Assembly (NCBI GenBank): GCA_043754535.1
Contig: JAYUUN010000023.1
Coordinates: forward strand, 1-55,246
Direction: 5' to 3'
Length of the DNA stretch: 55,246 bases
From: Chloroflexota bacterium
GTDB lineage: Bacteria > Chloroflexota > Chloroflexia > QHBQ01
Part shown: positions 52,119 to 55,246 of the stretch, in pieces
How positions within the stretch are numbered: position 1 is the stretch's first letter
How the letters are laid out: every line of letters begins with the position of its first letter
Notes under the pieces: model-generated
The model's input: only the letters and a program-made list of their open reading frames with translations
Database searches by the model: none
What the model was told of the DNA's origin: nothing
Position numbers and translations under genes: made by a program

Positions 52119-52892
52119 CTATACGCTGTTTACTGCTCTGATCGGGAGACCCTGGGCCGCCAGGTACTCCTTCACTGCGCCAATGCTGTACTGGCCGTAG
52201 TGGAAGATGCTAGCCGCCAGAGCAGCGTCGGCCCGCCCCTCGGTCAGGGCCGCGTGCAGGTGGGCGGGGCTACCTGCACCGCCGCTGGCGATCACTGGCA
52301 CGGCCACGGCCTCGCTGACCGCGCGTAGCAGGCGCAGGTCGTAGCCACCCTCCTGGCCGTCGCGGTCAATACTGGTCAGCAGAAGCTCGCCTGCGCCAAG
52401 CTCTACCGCCTGCCGCGCCCACTCTACCGCGTCGCGGCCAGTTTCGCGCCGCCCGCCGTGACTGTAGACCAGCCAGCCGGAGCCGTCGGCTCGCTGCTTA
52501 GCATCTATCGCAACCACAATGCACTGGCTGCCGAAGATAGCCGCCCCCTCGCCGATCAGGGCTGGGCGATCCATCGCTGCCGTGTTCAGGCTCACCTTGT
52601 CGGCCCCCGCCGCTAGGGTGCGCTTGATGTCGTCGGTGCTGCGGATGCCACCACCGACAGTCAGCGGGATGAACAGGCTGGCTGCCGTGCGCTCTACTAC
52701 TGCCAACAGGGTGGCCCGCCCCTCCTGGCTGGCAGAGATGTCGAGGAAGACGATCTCATCTGCGCCCGCCGCATCGTAGAAGGCAGCGAGCGCAGCGGGG
52801 TCGCCAGCATCGCGCAGGTTGACGAAGCTCGTTCCCTTGACCACGCGCCCTTCGGTCACGTCCAGACAGGGGATGATCCGACGGGTCAGCAT
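52119..52892 (-). CDS. hisF: Imidazole glycerol phosphate synthase subunit HisF
   Basis: [44 protein letters not shown]. Confidence 0.98.
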   Translation of the reverse strand: MLTRRIIPCLDVTEGRVVKGTSFVNLRDAGDPAALAAFYDAAGADEIVFLDISASQEGRATLLAVVERTAASLFIPLTVGGGIRSTDDIKRTLAAGADKVSLNTAAMDRPALIGEGAAIFGSQCIVVAIDAKQRADGSGWLVYSHGGRRETGRDAVEWARQAVELGAGELLLTSIDRDGQEGGYDLRLLRAVSEAVAVPVIASGGAGSPAHLHAALTEGRADAALAASIFHYGQYSIGAVKEYLAAQGLPIRAVNSV

Positions 52893-54073
52893 TACTCGTC
52901 TGCCTCCCACTCGCCTTCGTCCTGAGGTGGGCGCGCATCACGGGCGCGGCGCACGAGGCTGCCGTTCGCGGGGACGGGGCTGGGGGCTGCTTGCTCGTTG
53001 CTCCTGCGCTTTTCGCGCTGGTAGAGTTGCAGTTGCTGCTCGGCCAGTTCTGCCGCTCGCAGCAGGTGTTGCTCGTAGAGGGTTTCTGCTTCCTCGGCGT
53101 AGAGGTCGTCGTGCTGGCGCAGGGCTTCGATCTGGCCGGGAACCAGGGAGAGGTCCGCCTCAAGCTGGCGGATGCGGTCATCCAGGCTCTGCTGGCGGCT
53201 AAGAATGCGCTCCATCCGCTGTTCGCTCACCTGCCGCAGGTCGCCCAGGTCAGCTTCCAGTTGGGTGCGGACAACCTCCAGCCGCTCCTGCTGAGAGAGG
53301 TAGCGGTCGGAGTTGTCGCGGTTGGCCCGCACGATTGCGTCCTCTAGTCGGGTGTACTCGGCATGGGTAGTGGTCAGACTGGTCGCCAGCGCGTCAATCT
53401 CCTCAACAAACTGCTTGCGCGTCTCCTCAAGCTGGGTGATGCGCGCCACCTGCTGGCTCACTTCGCCGCGCACCTGCTCGATGTACTGCTGAATCTCCAC
53501 ATCCTGGCGGCGCAGGCGTTGCTCCTCGACCCGCTGCGACTCGATCAGGCGCACGATCTCCTGGCGGTTCTCGGTGACGGCAGCGGTGTTGTCGCGGATT
53601 GCAACCACGTTCTGCTTATGCTGGTCGGTCTGCACCGCGATCTGAGCCTGGAGATCGCGCAGATGGGTTTGCACCGCCTCCAACTGTTGCAGGCTGACGG
53701 TAGCCTGGCCCTGGCTGCTGCGGATGCGTTCGCCCAACTCGGTAATCTGGGCGCGCATCTCCTTGAGCGGCTTGATCGGTTCATCAACCTGCCCTTCTAG
53801 TTCGGAGAGTGCCTTGCGAACCCGCTGCTCCTCCATCTGGCGCACCTGCAAGGACTGCTGCAACTCCTGGATCAGCTTCTCGGTGGCGATCTGGTTCTGC
53901 AAGCCGCGCCCTTCGCTCTGCTTGAGGTTATCTTCCAGCCACTGCTGGCGGGCCGCACTCTCGCGCAGCAGCCGCTTCATCTCGTCGATCTGCTGCTGCA
54001 TAGCGTATAGTTGCGCTTCTTCGCGCTTGCGCCGATCCTCATCACGCATATTGCTGACGCTGAGACTGTCCAT
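52892..54073 (-). CDS. Long coiled-coil protein of unknown function
   Basis: About 393 aa of Q/E/R/L-rich heptads; GGAAGGAG RBS; TAATG coupling to hisF. Confidence 0.85.
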   Translation of the reverse strand: MDSLSVSNMRDEDRRKREEAQLYAMQQQIDEMKRLLRESAARQQWLEDNLKQSEGRGLQNQIATEKLIQELQQSLQVRQMEEQRVRKALSELEGQVDEPIKPLKEMRAQITELGERIRSSQGQATVSLQQLEAVQTHLRDLQAQIAVQTDQHKQNVVAIRDNTAAVTENRQEIVRLIESQRVEEQRLRRQDVEIQQYIEQVRGEVSQQVARITQLEETRKQFVEEIDALATSLTTTHAEYTRLEDAIVRANRDNSDRYLSQQERLEVVRTQLEADLGDLRQVSEQRMERILSRQQSLDDRIRQLEADLSLVPGQIEALRQHDDLYAEEAETLYEQHLLRAAELAEQQLQLYQREKRRSNEQAAPSPVPANGSLVRRARDARPPQDEGEWEADE

Positions 54074-54896
54074 GCTCGCTCCTTCCGCTGCCGCTTCGGG
54101 GAATTGCACCCCCTGGTTGATTATCCCTGTTCTGCCCTAACTGTTGGCCCTCGGCGGCAACCATAAAGCTAGTCAGCAGCAGGTCGCCGCTGTAGAGAGC
54201 CTTGCCGACGATAGCCGCCGCGCAGCCGAGAGCCGCCAGCCGTTGCAGTTGAGCGTAGTTGGCGACCCCGCCGCTGGCGATTACCCGCAGCCCACTGCTG
54301 GCGATCAGGTCGCTGATCGCGGCATAGTTCGGCTCGGTCAGCGTCCCATCGCGGCTAATGTCAGTGTAAATCACCTGGCTGATCCCCTGCGCCCCCACCT
54401 GCGCGGCAAGATCGGTCGCCAGCACCGTGCTGGTCGTCAGCCAGCCGTCGGTTGCCACGTAGCCGTCGCGGGCATCGAGGCCGAGGATTATGCGCTCGCT
54501 GCCGTACTCTCGCACGGCCTGGCCGAGCAGGGCTGGTTGGGCAACAGCGGCGGTGCCGAGAACGACGCGATCTACGCCTGCGTCAAAGGCAGCGTGCAGG
54601 TCGGCTAGCTGGCGCAGGCCGCCACCCAGTTCCAGGCGCACGCTGGCGGGTAGAGCCTGGCGCAGGCGGTTGACTGCTGCCAACTGCATGGGCTGGCCCG
54701 CCTTCGCCCCATCCAGGTCAACCACATGGATGATCGTCGCACCCTGCGCTGCCCACTGCATCGCTACCGTCACCGGGTCAGTGGCGTAGACCTCCTCCTG
54801 GGCAAAGTCGCCCTGGTAGAGGCGCACGCACTGCCCCCCACGCAAGTCAATCGCGGGGATGATCGGCATCGCCGCCCGTGGCTGTGGCCCGCTCAT
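54042..54896 (-). CDS. hisA: HisA phosphoribosylformimino-AICAR isomerase
   Basis: IIPAIDLRGGQCVRLYQG, HVVDLDGA, GGGLR, YTDISRDG, IASGG, GKALY. Alternative start at 54869. Confidence 0.97.
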   Translation of the reverse strand: MSGPQPRAAMPIIPAIDLRGGQCVRLYQGDFAQEEVYATDPVTVAMQWAAQGATIIHVVDLDGAKAGQPMQLAAVNRLRQALPASVRLELGGGLRQLADLHAAFDAGVDRVVLGTAAVAQPALLGQAVREYGSERIILGLDARDGYVATDGWLTTSTVLATDLAAQVGAQGISQVIYTDISRDGTLTEPNYAAISDLIASSGLRVIASGGVANYAQLQRLAALGCAAAIVGKALYSGDLLLTSFMVAAEGQQLGQNRDNQPGGAIPRSGSGRSEHGQSQRQQYA

Positions 54897-55246
54897 ACCA
54901 ACGCCGCCGTTGGCACGCTAGCTGGCTGCCGCAGGCTCGCGCCCGCTGCGAAGCGCAACCAGTTGGCGATCAGTTGCAGGCCCGCAGTGCTGCTTTTCTC
55001 TGGGTGGAACTGCACAGCGGCCACGTTGTCCCACGCCATAGCCGCCGCGAACGAGCCGCCGTAGTTGCTGCTGGCGACCACCAGGCTACCATCCTCTGGT
55101 TGGGCGTAGTAGGAGTGGACGAAGTAGAAGTAGCTACCAGGGGCAATCCCCGCAAAGAGATAGTGGTCATTAGCGGTCGGCCAGACCTCGTTCCAGCCGA
55201 TCTGCGGTATCTTGAGGTTGGGGGACTGGAAGCGGACGACGCGCCC
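54893..55246 (-). CDS. hisH: Imidazole glycerol phosphate synthase subunit HisH (5' end beyond window)
   Basis: Manual translation gives KIPQIGWN, FYFVHSY and QFHPEKS. Confidence 0.95.
   Translation of the reverse strand, partial: GRVVRFQSPNLKIPQIGWNEVWPTANDHYLFAGIAPGSYFYFVHSYYAQPEDGSLVVASSNYGGSFAAAMAWDNVAAVQFHPEKSSTAGLQLIANWLRFAAGASLRQPASVPTAALV

Overview
GC-rich bacterial chromosome segment, most consistent with Chloroflexota. That call is an inference from protein motifs, the beta'-insertion in RpoC and the YFERNRFE-type surface repeats. The left 13 kb is core machinery on the minus strand: rpoB-rpoC, then rpsL-rpsG-fusA-tuf, with tuf truncated by the window edge. Next come a PPOX/F420 enzyme, an alaS-baseplateJ-like-ruvX operon, ruvA, TPR and secreted S8 protease genes, tRNA-Ile2(CAT), two sorbosone/PQQ-type dehydrogenases and a DinG helicase. 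These are followed by a glycosyltransferase/methyltransferase/flippase set, SRAP, VWA and LysM envelope proteins and hisH-hisA-(coiled-coil)-hisF. No CRISPR array, transposase, integrase or prophage is evident. The most notable observations are: (1) a LexA-box-gated operon encoding a membrane protein and a glucosaminidase, a candidate SOS cell-wall/division checkpoint; (2) a tuf gene that appears to switch to an alphaproteobacterial-type sequence; (3) a G-U-rich three-way-junction RNA in a long rpsL-rpsG spacer; (4) strong local over-representation of the palindrome GCTAGC; (5) REP-like palindromes inside coding sequences; (6) a long coiled-coil gene wedged into the his operon. All family assignments come from motif recognition by eye; no searches were run.
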